From positions 1,728,001 to 1,792,000 of the forward strand of contig CAWIGG010000002.1 in assembly GCA_963835575.1 (NCBI GenBank): a stretch of DNA of 64,000 nt, read 5' to 3'. The translations under genes were made by a program, and so were the position numbers. The DNA comes from an uncultured Spirochaetota bacterium. GTDB taxonomy: Bacteria > Spirochaetota > Brevinematia > Brevinematales > JAOACQ01. This document shows, one piece after another, positions 1 through 10,292 of this stretch (its first letter is position 1; each line of letters starts with the position of its first letter). The notes beneath the pieces were generated by a model. That model searched no databases. It was not told where the DNA came from and saw only the letters and a list, made by a program, of their open reading frames with translations.

Positions 1-354
1 CTTGACAAAATCCTTTTTGGTTTCCTCTGTTAAAGGCGGGATATTGACATGAATCACTTTGCCGTCGTTTGCGGCCGTAAAACCCATGTTAGAATCGGAA
101 ATTCCCTTTTCAATACTTTTAAGAGCGCTTTTATCCCACGGATCTATTTTTATGGAATGCGGATCCGGAGTTGTTATTGAAGCGGCCTGCTTTAGAGGCG
201 TCATATTTCCGTAATAATCAAAACGGATATCCTCGACCATCGCCACATTGGCCCTCCCTGTACGCATCTTCTTGAATTCGTCCTTTAAAAACTGGATCGT
301 TTTGTCCATTCTTTCATTGGCTTCTCTTTTAACCTTGATGAATTCCTCAACCAT
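1..354 (-). CDS. frr: Ribosome recycling factor, 5' part (runs off the window edge)
   Basis: Hand translation: MVEEFIKVKREANERMDKTIQFLKDEFKKMRTGRANVAMVEDIRFDYYGNMTPLKQAASIT..IDPWDKS..NDGKVIHVNIPPLTEE. RBS GGAGG upstream. Not in the ORF track. Confidence 0.95.
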   Translation of the reverse strand, partial: MVEEFIKVKREANERMDKTIQFLKDEFKKMRTGRANVAMVEDIRFDYYGNMTPLKQAASITTPDPHSIKIDPWDKSALKSIEKGISDSNMGFTAANDGKVIHVNIPPLTEETKKDFVK

Positions 355-517
355 ATTATATTCCTCCCTTTATATAACACATGCCGGATATTTTTATTAT
401 TGAAAAATCAAATCACATTATTATAATCGCTCTTAATAAACATATCAAGGAATATTCTTGATCCCGCCATAATATTCCCGCATCGATTATTATTATTTAA
501 AGATTTATTTATTTTCT

Positions 518-2656
518 TCAGGTGCTCAGACAGATCATGCAGACATCGTCATCAAAGTTGTCCGCGCCCCTGAATTGAACCAGCTGTTCATAAATCCCTT
601 TAATAAACAAGCTGGAAGGCATGTCCTTTAATTCCAGCATAATATTGCTCATTACAGAGCTTTCAAAATCGGAGGCATATTTATTATCTTCCTTATTCAT
701 GATATTTACAGCTTCAGTCAATCCGTCTGTATAAAATAAAATCTTGCTCCTCTTTTTTAAAGTAAAAGATTCATCTGTATAAAGTTTATGCTGCTGTTTT
801 AATTCTTCATTATTTATTAATGCCAGCGGATAACCCTTTTTCATTGTCGGCAGGTATTCGATTTTATCATCATTGATCAGATAAGGCTGGTTATGCCCTG
901 CATTTGAAAACAGAAGTTTATTGGTTTTAGAATCAAAAATACCGTAAAAAGCGGTCACAAAATTACCGCCGGTTTGATTATAGAGAATACTGTTCAGGTA
1001 TTTGAGCAAAATAGAAGGTTTTTCATTCTGACTGGCGATCTGCAGAATCGCGGTTTTTATCATAGATGTGATGAACGCCGCCGACACGCCATGACCGGAA
1101 ACATCGCTTAAAAAAATCCCCACATGATCGGGTTCGCGGAATACAATAAAATCAAAAAAGTCGCCGCCGATTTTATCCATTGGTTTATAAAAGCTCGCGA
1201 TGTTCGGGGCCGGGCTTTTTGACGGGATTAATTTCATCTGTATTTTACGCGCTAAAGCAAGATCTGCCTCAATTACCTCATTGCGGACATGAAGCTTATT
1301 ATATGTTTCCGTCAGTTCCTGGGTCCTTTCTTTTACTTTGGTTTCCAGATTTTCATTCAGCGTTTTAAGATTATTTGTCAGTGTTTCTATCCTGTTATAA
1401 GCCAGCGAAAATCTGGTCGACAGCAGAACAGATTGAGACAAAATCATGACAAAAAAACCGAAAGGCACTATTGTACCGGTATAAATAATCTGATTTGAAT
1501 AGAGTATATCATTGATGGTTGTAATAAAGAAAATTATAAATCCGGCAATCAGTATGGCCGATTCGCGGAATTTTGACTTAAAACCTATAATTAACTGATA
1601 GATGATAAAGCACCCGACGAAAATTGTGATCACTTCATAAGGAAGCAGAAAGCTGTCATAAAAAGGGTTTTTAAAAAACAATATAAAAAAGCTGAAAGCA
1701 AAAGCAATGTATTTTACAATTTTCGCGATTAATTTTGAAATGTTTGTCTGATAAATCTCATGGATAAAATATAAAAAAACCGGGACGGCAAAAACATAAG
1801 AAAGAAAAGACATCTTGACATGAAGCTCCCAGTCCAGCATCGGATAAATCATAATGATAATGCGGGAGCCGTCCAGAAATGTCCTGAGGGCGATTAAAAG
1901 CGTGAATATGCTGAAATACAGCGGCGATTTATCCGTTCGTCTGAGGAAAAAGAGGACCAGATGATAAAGCCCCATAATAAAAAGACTTCCTGAAAGAAAC
2001 AGCTCAAATCCTAATGTCCTGTCCCGGTCAGATTGGATCTGGCTCTGTCTGCCTATACGAACGCTGTCCCAGAACCCTCCTTTAAAATGGTTGAAGTTTG
2101 CTACCTGTAATATCAATTCGATATTCGACTGAATGGTATAGAAATAAACAACTTGAGGCAGATACTGGGCTCTATATAATTTACTATCGTCTGAAACATT
2201 TCCGTTGGAACAGGCCAATCTGCCGTTGATATAAAGTTTATAAGAAGTCGCTAAAGCGGGAATATTTAATCCGAAATAGGCATTGGTTTGTCCCGTATGA
2301 ATAATGAGCTTGTATGACGCATAACCTTTGCCGTCAAGCTTTTTGCCGTTAAAAATAAGACCATTCCAGATGGAGGGAACATTCAAGTATATAATTGGCT
2401 CATGATTTGTATTTGAAATAAAATCCTGAGGAGTTAAAAGCTTGTTCCAGTAAAATTCCCATTCCCCATCCAGTCTTACTGTTCCGCTCCGGTCAAAATC
2501 CCAGGCGGAAAGGTCCATAAAACCTTTTATTACCGATGGGGATTTATCTGAGTAAATTATATTATTACAGCTGGTTATTGAGAAGGCCGAATAAATTAAA
2601 AGAAAAAATAAAAAAAATGAAATGGAATGGGCAATTTTCCGAATTGTAAGCATCAA
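518..2656 (-). CDS. Membrane sensor phosphatase: extracellular domain + 7TM-DISM + SpoIIE/PP2C phosphatase
   Basis: LDGEWEFYW sensor motif, about 7 hydrophobic helices, coiled coil, PP2C motifs IGGDFFD, DVSGHG, YTDGLTE, DDVC. Confidence 0.9.
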   Translation of the reverse strand: MMLTIRKIAHSISFFLFFLLIYSAFSITSCNNIIYSDKSPSVIKGFMDLSAWDFDRSGTVRLDGEWEFYWNKLLTPQDFISNTNHEPIIYLNVPSIWNGLIFNGKKLDGKGYASYKLIIHTGQTNAYFGLNIPALATSYKLYINGRLACSNGNVSDDSKLYRAQYLPQVVYFYTIQSNIELILQVANFNHFKGGFWDSVRIGRQSQIQSDRDRTLGFELFLSGSLFIMGLYHLVLFFLRRTDKSPLYFSIFTLLIALRTFLDGSRIIIMIYPMLDWELHVKMSFLSYVFAVPVFLYFIHEIYQTNISKLIAKIVKYIAFAFSFFILFFKNPFYDSFLLPYEVITIFVGCFIIYQLIIGFKSKFRESAILIAGFIIFFITTINDILYSNQIIYTGTIVPFGFFVMILSQSVLLSTRFSLAYNRIETLTNNLKTLNENLETKVKERTQELTETYNKLHVRNEVIEADLALARKIQMKLIPSKSPAPNIASFYKPMDKIGGDFFDFIVFREPDHVGIFLSDVSGHGVSAAFITSMIKTAILQIASQNEKPSILLKYLNSILYNQTGGNFVTAFYGIFDSKTNKLLFSNAGHNQPYLINDDKIEYLPTMKKGYPLALINNEELKQQHKLYTDESFTLKKRSKILFYTDGLTEAVNIMNKEDNKYASDFESSVMSNIMLELKDMPSSLFIKGIYEQLVQFRGADNFDDDVCMICLST

Positions 2657-3120
2657 TGCTCCTCAATTATCAATTCCTGTATTTTCCCATTTCTAGTTTT
2701 CTATTAGAAACAACTATTATTGATTTTTCCTTCAACCTTTAATATTAAATATTCTCTATTCAAACAATTTAAATACGGTATAACATTATCTCTATTTATA
2801 TAGTTTCATTTTCAAATAAAACTATTCTTTTCATACTTGAATTATAAAATAGGGTTATTTTAATATCAAAGTTTTTTAATAAATTTTATTTTTAATCACT
2901 GAATAATATAAAACTAATTTTTAAAAATATGTAGAATTTTAATTTTTTATTTTGAGAATTTATCAAACAATTTTTCTTGAATTACGGTCATTACTAAATT
3001 CATTTTTTTTAGACATGGCTCTAATAAATCTTTCACTTTTTTTATTGCATTTTATTTTTGATGCCTTAAGATAATTCCAGACGGGATAATTCCCCGTCAA
3101 AAAAATCATGAGGAGAATGT

Positions 3121-4224
3121 ATGAAAGTAGCGCATATTAACCCGGGGGGAAGAGGAATAGCCAGTTATGCCCTCAATATGTACAATTATTTTACACCCAG
3201 GGGAGTTGAAACGCTCATTGTCAGTTCCCAGAAGTGGACTAAAGCTAAAATACCGGTTTATGAACCGAAATCCTGGTTTATCGGCGGCGTTCTACCCTGG
3301 CCTCTGCATCCTAAGGAAGTGGGAAAAAAATTAATAGAGTTTGCTCCGGACATTCTTCATCACCATCACCCTTGCGGAAGACTGGATTTCCATCTCGCTG
3401 AATATAAAAGGAAGTTGAATGTTCCCACGCTCGTGACGATCCATATATCGATCGACTCCAAGAAATATTTTATCGACCGGATCTTTAACACGTTTTTCCT
3501 TCTCTCCCGCAAAAATATGATGCATGCCGATTGCTATGTGGCCATCAGTAAGTTCATAAAAAAACAGATAGAAGAAATCGGCGGGCTGCCCAGGGAAAAA
3601 ATTGTTCTATTATACGCCGGAGTCGATCAATCAATTTACAAACCTATAAAAAGGGAAAAGAGCGACACATTGAAAATCTGCTTTATCGGCCAGATCATGC
3701 CCGAAAAAGGCGTCGATATTTTGACGAATGTCGCCCTGCGCCTGGCCGATGAAAGAAAGATCAAACTGACCATTGTCGGGAACGGGCATCTGGAGAATAT
3801 TCTCAGGAGACAGACGGCAAAAAAGCCGGAAATAGAATGGGCCGGATTTGTAGGCTCGCCCCAGAAAATCGCGGAATATTACGCGAAAGCCGATGTGGTC
3901 GTATTGCCCACCAGGTGGGAAGAGGCTTTTTCATATATTCCGATAGAAGCCATGTCCTGCGGAACGCCTGTCATCGCTTCACGGTGCGGCGGTAATACGG
4001 AAATTGTCTTTGAAGGAAAAACAGGTTATTTGTTCGATCCCGGAAACGGAAACCAGCTCTTCGACTTATTAAAAAAAGCGGACATCAATAAGCTGCATGA
4101 AATGGGCGAAACGGGCAGACAGCATGTAATTAAAAATCATACGCTGGACTCCTTCGGGAAGAAATATGAGTCTCTTTATCAAAACCTTTTGAAAGATCCC
4201 GGACATCTCAAGCAGATTGATTAG
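3121..4224 (+). CDS. Glycosyltransferase family 4
   Basis: EKG motif and WEEAFSYIPIEAMSCGTPVIAS..GG..E (GT4 EX7E). Confidence 0.9.
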   Translation: MKVAHINPGGRGIASYALNMYNYFTPRGVETLIVSSQKWTKAKIPVYEPKSWFIGGVLPWPLHPKEVGKKLIEFAPDILHHHHPCGRLDFHLAEYKRKLNVPTLVTIHISIDSKKYFIDRIFNTFFLLSRKNMMHADCYVAISKFIKKQIEEIGGLPREKIVLLYAGVDQSIYKPIKREKSDTLKICFIGQIMPEKGVDILTNVALRLADERKIKLTIVGNGHLENILRRQTAKKPEIEWAGFVGSPQKIAEYYAKADVVVLPTRWEEAFSYIPIEAMSCGTPVIASRCGGNTEIVFEGKTGYLFDPGNGNQLFDLLKKADINKLHEMGETGRQHVIKNHTLDSFGKKYESLYQNLLKDPGHLKQID

Positions 4225-4296
4225 AAAGATATCGGATTTATAATGCAATAAAGCCTCTGCTGATTTTGGAAGGAGTTTCATAACGGCAGGGGTTTT

Positions 4297-5304
4297 TTAT
4301 GGAGCGGTTTTTTTCTTGTTTTTTTTATTTTTGTAAAGTGCCTGATCCGCTTTTATCATTAATTCCTCGACCGTTTCGCCGGTATTGAAATCAAAAATAG
4401 TTGTGCCGGTGCTTATGGACAGTTCATAGGATTTCGATGAAGCGGCATTATATTCCTTTATTTTCCAGTAAAGCCGTTCTTTTATTCTTTCAAAACAATC
4501 CGGGTTAACATCCATGGCGAAGACGACAAACTCATCCCCACCCATTCGCCCGACAATATCGGTTTCCCTGAAAATGCCCAGCAGAATATTGGAAGTTTCC
4601 CTGATGGCAATGTCCCCTTCATTATGCCCGTATGTGTCATTGATCTTTTTCAATCCGTCCAGATCGGCAAACATCAGTATGCCGTCCTTCCGCATTCTTC
4701 TGACCAGATTCAGGTTTTGTTCGGCAATCTGCAGGAAACCCCTCCTGTTATACAAACCCGTCATTTCATCTCTTTCAGAAAGGACCGTCAATTTCCGGTT
4801 GGATATTTCCAATTCCTTTAAAACTCTGACCAGCTTCTTTTCCGATTTTTTCCGTTCCGTAAACAGGAGAGAGCTCCTCAGTGCGCTGCCCACCTGATAG
4901 TTCAGAAATGCGTAGATGCTCTTGTCCTTCATACCCAGTTCAAACAAGACCGTCCCCAGCAGAAATTCCCGCGAAAAGAGCGCCGAGGCCACCAGTGTAT
5001 ACCGCTTCCCTTCCGGAAGCAGCCTGGGAGGGACCAGATATCTGGAGGAGAACCTCTTCTTGTTTCCAGATGTATTATTGACGCTGTTCTCAAGATCATA
5101 AGCCAGAAGCAGTCTTGAATAATCCGGCATGACCCAGGGTTCGTTCCTGAAATGGACCATTTCCTTCTCATAAACCGACAAATAAAACTTTTTAATATCA
5201 AGTTTCGGCAGATAGTTATTCAAAGTGGCCGTCAATTCTTCCAGATCAAGAGCGGCGGCCAGGGCCAGCTGAAAATCCCGGAATATAATGTTATTTAAAT
5301 ATAA
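4297..5304 (-). pseudogene. C-terminal GGDEF part of a LacI-type sensor/diguanylate cyclase split by IS1380
   Basis: DEMTGLYNRRG, DLDGLKKIND, RMGGDEF. The frame stays open up to the TSD at 5300-5304. Confidence 0.88.
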
Positions 5305-6880
5305 CCTAAATTCCCAGAGTTCCGCGATTTCCGCTTGAAATCAGCCTTGCGCGGCACTGCTTGGCATCGGTTTATCATCCCAGTCTCGCGGCTGCTGCAA
5401 TTACAAGCCTTGGCGATGCCTGAATACTCGTAAATCCACAAATTCCGCTGCTCCGGGCGCAACACACCCTTGTGGCGGCCTTCACATCATCCGGTTGGGA
5501 ACTCGCTATATCTGCAGCTCACATAAGTGGCAGTAAAATTTCCGCCACCGGTCCTTATCCGCAAAATAACGGCTCAACACCAGTTTTACCTGATGGCCCT
5601 GTCTCACGATTTTCCCCGCAACCCGAATAAACCACGCCCGGAATGTTTCCGGTTCTTCCCGGTGACTTTTCCGGTCAACCAGATACCGCATCCAGATTCC
5701 AACGTTATACGCCAGCACGCTGCAGCTCCACAGAAAATCATTCACCCAGAAATCTTGCGTCAGAAGCATCCCGGCGAACATCTGCTGCTTCACGGCTTCG
5801 ATCCAGTTTTCACACGTACCCCGGTCACCGTAAAATTTATGGCCCTGCCAAGGTTTCAAACGCATATTCGTACAATAGCAAAAATAGTCATAAACCGCTT
5901 TCGGGAATACCAGCCCTTCCGTTTCTATCCGGATCAGCTTTCTGACAGCTATGAACCGCCTCGCATGTTTCCATCCATGCGCCCGGTACTCAAATTCCGC
6001 CTGTTCCCAGCCGCTTCGATCCGGAACCGCTGTCCAACCCCTGTTTTCCAGAAACGCCGCGAGGTTTTTCATTTTGGCTTTGACCAGAAAAAAAGCCCCT
6101 TTCATTTCTTCGATGACATCGAAAATCCTTCCGTCGAAAAATCCGCTGTCCATCCGGAACACAAGTTTTTTCCAGCCGGTATGGAGTATTCCGTAAATGT
6201 GCCGGATAAATTCAGGCGCGTTATTCGCTGTGTAAGCGTCGCCCGGCCTGAAATAGGAGAGAATACATTCCCTTGTGCTGTTCAGGAATGCCAGAAGCGG
6301 ATGATAGCTCTTCGCTCCCTTTTTATGCGGATTGTAGCCTGCCGCCGCTCCTTCCTGGCTTCCGTAAACCGTCTTGACGGTCGAATCGCAGTCCACGATT
6401 TTCGTTTTTACCCGGAACTTCGCGTGGACTTTGCGGGAAAGCTTTCCGTTCAACTCATTCATCGCGTAAGATTCTTTCATACCAACGTTTTCAATCCGCT
6501 TGATGATCGTAGAATCACTGATCGGCCCTTTCAAGCCCAGAGCTGCCCGGAACAATGGATCTTCAGTAAAATTCTCGACCTTCTTGATCCGGTTATACCC
6601 TGCCATCAGCGCGCACACGATTCCCGTAATAATTTGCTCGAACGAGAATTTCTGGTTACAATATTCCCGCGCTGGAATAAATTTTTTGAGCAACTGATTG
6701 AACCCAATCTTTTTCAAAAATACCAGCACGGGATAAATCCCGCTCACGCTGCTCAAATCCTGCGCCGTAAAACCAACTTTGATATTTTTCACCATTTGGG
6801 TGCTCCTTCTGTTGTTTTGTATCGCAATATATTATAACAGATTGGGGCCCCATTTGGTACTTTTACTTTGGGAATTTAGG
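5305..6880 (-). mobile_element. IS1380-family insertion sequence
   Basis: Terminal IRs CCTAAATTCCCAGAGT / ACTTTGGGAATTTAGG (15/16). 5-bp TSD TATAA at 5300-5304 and 6881-6885. Confidence 0.93.
5506..6795 (-). CDS. IS1380-family DDE transposase
   Basis: DCDST..YGSQEGA..GYN..SYHPLL, RMDSGFF, Y.DRGTCENWIE..K, characteristic of IS1380. Confidence 0.92.
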   Translation of the reverse strand: MVKNIKVGFTAQDLSSVSGIYPVLVFLKKIGFNQLLKKFIPAREYCNQKFSFEQIITGIVCALMAGYNRIKKVENFTEDPLFRAALGLKGPISDSTIIKRIENVGMKESYAMNELNGKLSRKVHAKFRVKTKIVDCDSTVKTVYGSQEGAAAGYNPHKKGAKSYHPLLAFLNSTRECILSYFRPGDAYTANNAPEFIRHIYGILHTGWKKLVFRMDSGFFDGRIFDVIEEMKGAFFLVKAKMKNLAAFLENRGWTAVPDRSGWEQAEFEYRAHGWKHARRFIAVRKLIRIETEGLVFPKAVYDYFCYCTNMRLKPWQGHKFYGDRGTCENWIEAVKQQMFAGMLLTQDFWVNDFLWSCSVLAYNVGIWMRYLVDRKSHREEPETFRAWFIRVAGKIVRQGHQVKLVLSRYFADKDRWRKFYCHLCELQI

Positions 6881-8194
6881 TATAATTCTATTCTGCGGTT
6901 GGACTGCCGGCTTTCCATGACTCTCCGAAATCAAAATTCTGGCTTTATGGAACAATGGAGAAATGTACATGTCACCCTGAAAGAACGGACTTACCATATG
7001 TAGATTATCAATTATTATGGAAAGGATATCCTGCCAGATCCGGATATCATCTATAGAAGCGTTTTCATCATACAATATCCGGGTCAAATGCCTTAAAAAT
7101 TTGTCTGACACTTCCTCATTGACTATTCCGTCTTCAAATATATCGAAAATACCCTGGAGACCGGTCATAATACCGCGGCTTTCAATTTCCCTGGCATCCA
7201 ATAACTTTCCGACCTCAGCCAGGATATTATGTCTGCATTCTTCCCACAAAACAGCGGAAGAATTCTCCGGCTGTCCTGTGCTCAGGACATTAATTGTCTT
7301 AACCATTCCTATCGATTCGGAAAAACAGCCGCAGGACGACCGGATGATCAGCTTGGTCGGCAGGACGGTTTCCATGGGGACTTTCTTTCCTTCCAGCATA
7401 TCTATGGCTGCCATGCCTGCCAGCCTTGCCTGCTGGTAAAGCGGCTGATGCACCGTGGTCAGCGGAGGTGAACTGAAATGCGCCAACTCGATATCATCAA
7501 AACCGGTGACGGCAACATTATCGGGAATTTTAATCTTTCTTTCTTTTAATGCTTCCATGAGGCTGAGCGCCATATCATCATTGGCCGACACAATGGCCTC
7601 GACACGGCATTTTCTTTCATCGATGAGCTGTTTGACAGCCTCGCTCCCCGACGAGGGCAGAAAATTCCCCTGAACGATCAGCCGTTCGTCCGCTTCTATG
7701 CCGTTCTCCTTTAAAACTTCCAGGTATGCCTCATAGCGGGCCGCGGCTTCTGGATTCGCGGCCGGTCCCCTGATAAACGCGATGCGTCTGAAGCCATGGA
7801 CTTTAATCAAATGAGCAACAGCCTCCTTCATTCCGGATTTATTATCGATTATGATGCTCGGGATGTTATCCAGCCTGACATTGATGCTGACCAGTGGTAT
7901 GGGCAAAAGCCTTTTATAGAATTTATCGAAAACATCTCTTTCCACATAATTGCACAATGTCCCAGTCGTCATGATCAACGCATCGGCGTTGTAATGATTA
8001 ATGTATTCATAAATCATATTCTGCTGGTAATTATACCCGGTGGGAGAATTCAAGCCGCTGCCGTGAAATATGATCAGATTCGCGTCCCTTTCCCGTGCTA
8101 TATCGACAACCCCCGGCCACAGCAGACTGATATAATTATCTCCCAGATTGGTGATCTGGAAGGCAAGCGTTTTACGCCTTTTTCCTCTTTTCAA
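6881..8194 (-). pseudogene. N-terminal LacI/periplasmic-binding-protein-like sensor part of the IS-split diguanylate cyclase
   Basis: HLIKVHGFRRIAFI, ANDDMA, VTGFDDI, PPLTTVHQP, LIIRSSCGC. No HTH. Extra +1 frameshift near 6922. Confidence 0.88.
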
Positions 8195-8318
8195 TTTTCA
8201 ACCGCCCTCAAAATTTATTTTCAGTGATTTTTATATTATAGTATCAAATGAATTATTTAACAATGCCAATTTGGATTATGGCATTTCTTCAGAATCCAAT
8301 AGATTTCAGGATATGATA

Positions 8319-10240
8319 ATCGAGTAGGAGGCGGGTTCACACCCGCCGACCTCTCACACCACCGTACGTACGGTTCCGTATACGGCGGTTCCAAAATTTA
8401 ATTTCTGATAATTACAAATCGTATCCAGCATTGATACAAGACCCATACTATCAAAGTATTTCTTCGGAAAGACAAGATTCATATGTTTTGCCCCGGAATT
8501 CCACCACGAGCCTCTCTGGTTGAAAGCATTTGCCACTGCTTGCTCTTCTTTTAGCCCAGCTTCAATCAGCCGCTTTCTTCTTGTCCAGGGTCTTTTCCAT
8601 TGTTTCCATAGCGCACATCGTAGTTTCCTTCGAATCCATCCATATCGTCAGTAAAATCTTTTACATTCGCAATGATAAAATAATTTATCCATCCGCGAAT
8701 TTTTGGGTTTAATTCTTTCCTGATGAATTCTTTCAGATTTCGTCCCTGTACTTTCCTGAACACTTCTTTCAGATTCTTCTTGAGTTTTTCTTTCGATTCC
8801 ATTGCTACCCGAATCCTTGTTTTCTTCTCACTTGTAAATGAGTAACCGAGAAATTTTCTTTCCCACGGCCTTGCTGCGGCGCTTTTATCACGATTCACTT
8901 TCAGCTTCAACTTTTCCTCAACAAATCTGGATATCGAGTCCATCACTCTTTCTCCGGCTTTCCTGCTTTTAACGTATATATTGCAGTCATCAGCATACCG
9001 GCAAAAGCTATGTCCTCTTTGTTCTAATTCCTTGTCAAGGTCATCCAGTATAATATTCGCTAATAATGGAGACAGATTTCCACCTTGTGGTGTTCCCTTT
9101 TTCCTCGCCGTGATTTTATTATCCGTCATCATTCCGGCTTTGAGAAACGAGGCAATCAGTTTCAGGATTTTCTTATCCCTGACTTTTCGCTTTATCCTCG
9201 CTATTAGGATATCGTGGTCAACTTCATCGAAAAATTTCGCTAAATCCATATCTACAACCCATCGTTTCCCGGTCTCCTGATATTCTCTTGACTTCGCTAT
9301 GGCTTGTTGTGCCCTTTTTCCGGGACGAAAGCCATAACTCAATTCCGAAAATCCCGGTTCGAAGATTGGACTCAGCACCTGATAAAATGCTTGCTGTATC
9401 AGTCGATCCATTACCGTCGGGATTCCCAATTGACGAACCCCGCCATTCGTTTGCGGAATTTGCACTCCTTTTACCGCCTTCGGTTTGTATCTTCCTTCCA
9501 GCAATTTGACTTTGATTTCAGCCCACCGGTTATTAACGTCATCTTTCATTCTTTCGACCGTTACTCCGTCAATTCCCGCCGAGCCTTTGCTGCTTACCAC
9601 TCTGTGATAGGCTTCCAGCATGTTCTCGCGTTTGACCAGATGCTCGATTAGATTGTTTTCATCCGGTGTACTCCTTCTTTGCCTCTCTGTACGGATACAC
9701 GCACTTTGACTCTTCTTCGGGATTCCGTCCCTATTTTCTGTCAAAGCCAAATGGTCTTCATTCGCTTCTGCGCAAATTACCGTATCAGGATTCATAGCGG
9801 TACTCCTACATTTTGGTTCTGCCCTTCACTTCCGGTCAAGAAGCTACTATGGCTTCTGCCGACTTCTGAAAATCCCTCTCATCACCTTTCAATGACAATA
9901 GCTAATATGTAGCGGATTTCCAGATCTCCCCGGGTAATACGCTCGTTCCTTCCCGCTTATACCTGCCGCATTTACGCCTACGTTTTCCGTGTAAGTATCG
10001 GACTTTAACGATATTGGCCGTCTTATCCAACATAAACGCCTTATTTGCGGTTTCTGTTCGTCAGGCCAGCGTTTTGCCTCCGGCTTCCTTCAGATTCCGC
10101 CTCACGGCGGACACCCTTGCCGTCTGTCCCTCACCAGTTTGTCCGGCTGCCCGGAGAAGTTCACAAACTGGTGAGGGATTCCCCTTACCGGGTGCATAGA
10201 GGACTTTAACCTCCAAGAACGTGCGCCCTGCCGGGCGCAC
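8319..10240 (-). mobile_element. Group II intron, class IIC
   Basis: 5' end GTGCGCCCGGC at 10240. Domain V ACCGCCGTATACGGAACCGTACGTACGGTGGT (CGC triad), domain VI, and 3' end CCTACTCGAT at 8319. Inserted immediately after a Rho-independent terminator. Confidence 0.93.
8354..9795 (-). pseudogene. ltrA: Group II intron reverse transcriptase/maturase, frameshifted in domain X near 8635
   Basis: RQLGIPTVMDRLIQQA, GTPQGG, RYADD. The C-terminus (WIRRKLRCALWKQWK..GSWWNS..) continues in another frame. No endonuclease domain. Confidence 0.9.
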
Positions 10241-10241
10241 T

Positions 10242-10270
10242 AAAAAAAGGCGGCCTGATCAGCCGCCTTT
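10242..10270 (-). terminator. Rho-independent terminator of the etf/acyl-CoA dehydrogenase operon; intron target site
   Basis: AAAGGCGGC-TGATCAG-GCCGCCTTT followed by a T run, then A and the intron GTGCG. Confidence 0.9.
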
Positions 10271-10292
10271 ATATTTTTTATCGAAGTACAAT

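Noticed and set aside
2660..3110. Very AT-rich intergenic stretch as a replication origin
   Set aside because: No DnaA-box cluster seen; explained as a divergent promoter region.
5527..6837. 436-aa plus-strand ORF
   Set aside because: Antisense shadow of the IS1380 transposase; no recognisable motifs.
8354..9795. RT as part of a retron, DGR or defence RT system
   Set aside because: It is flanked by complete group II intron ends and domains V/VI; no template/variable repeat pair was seen.
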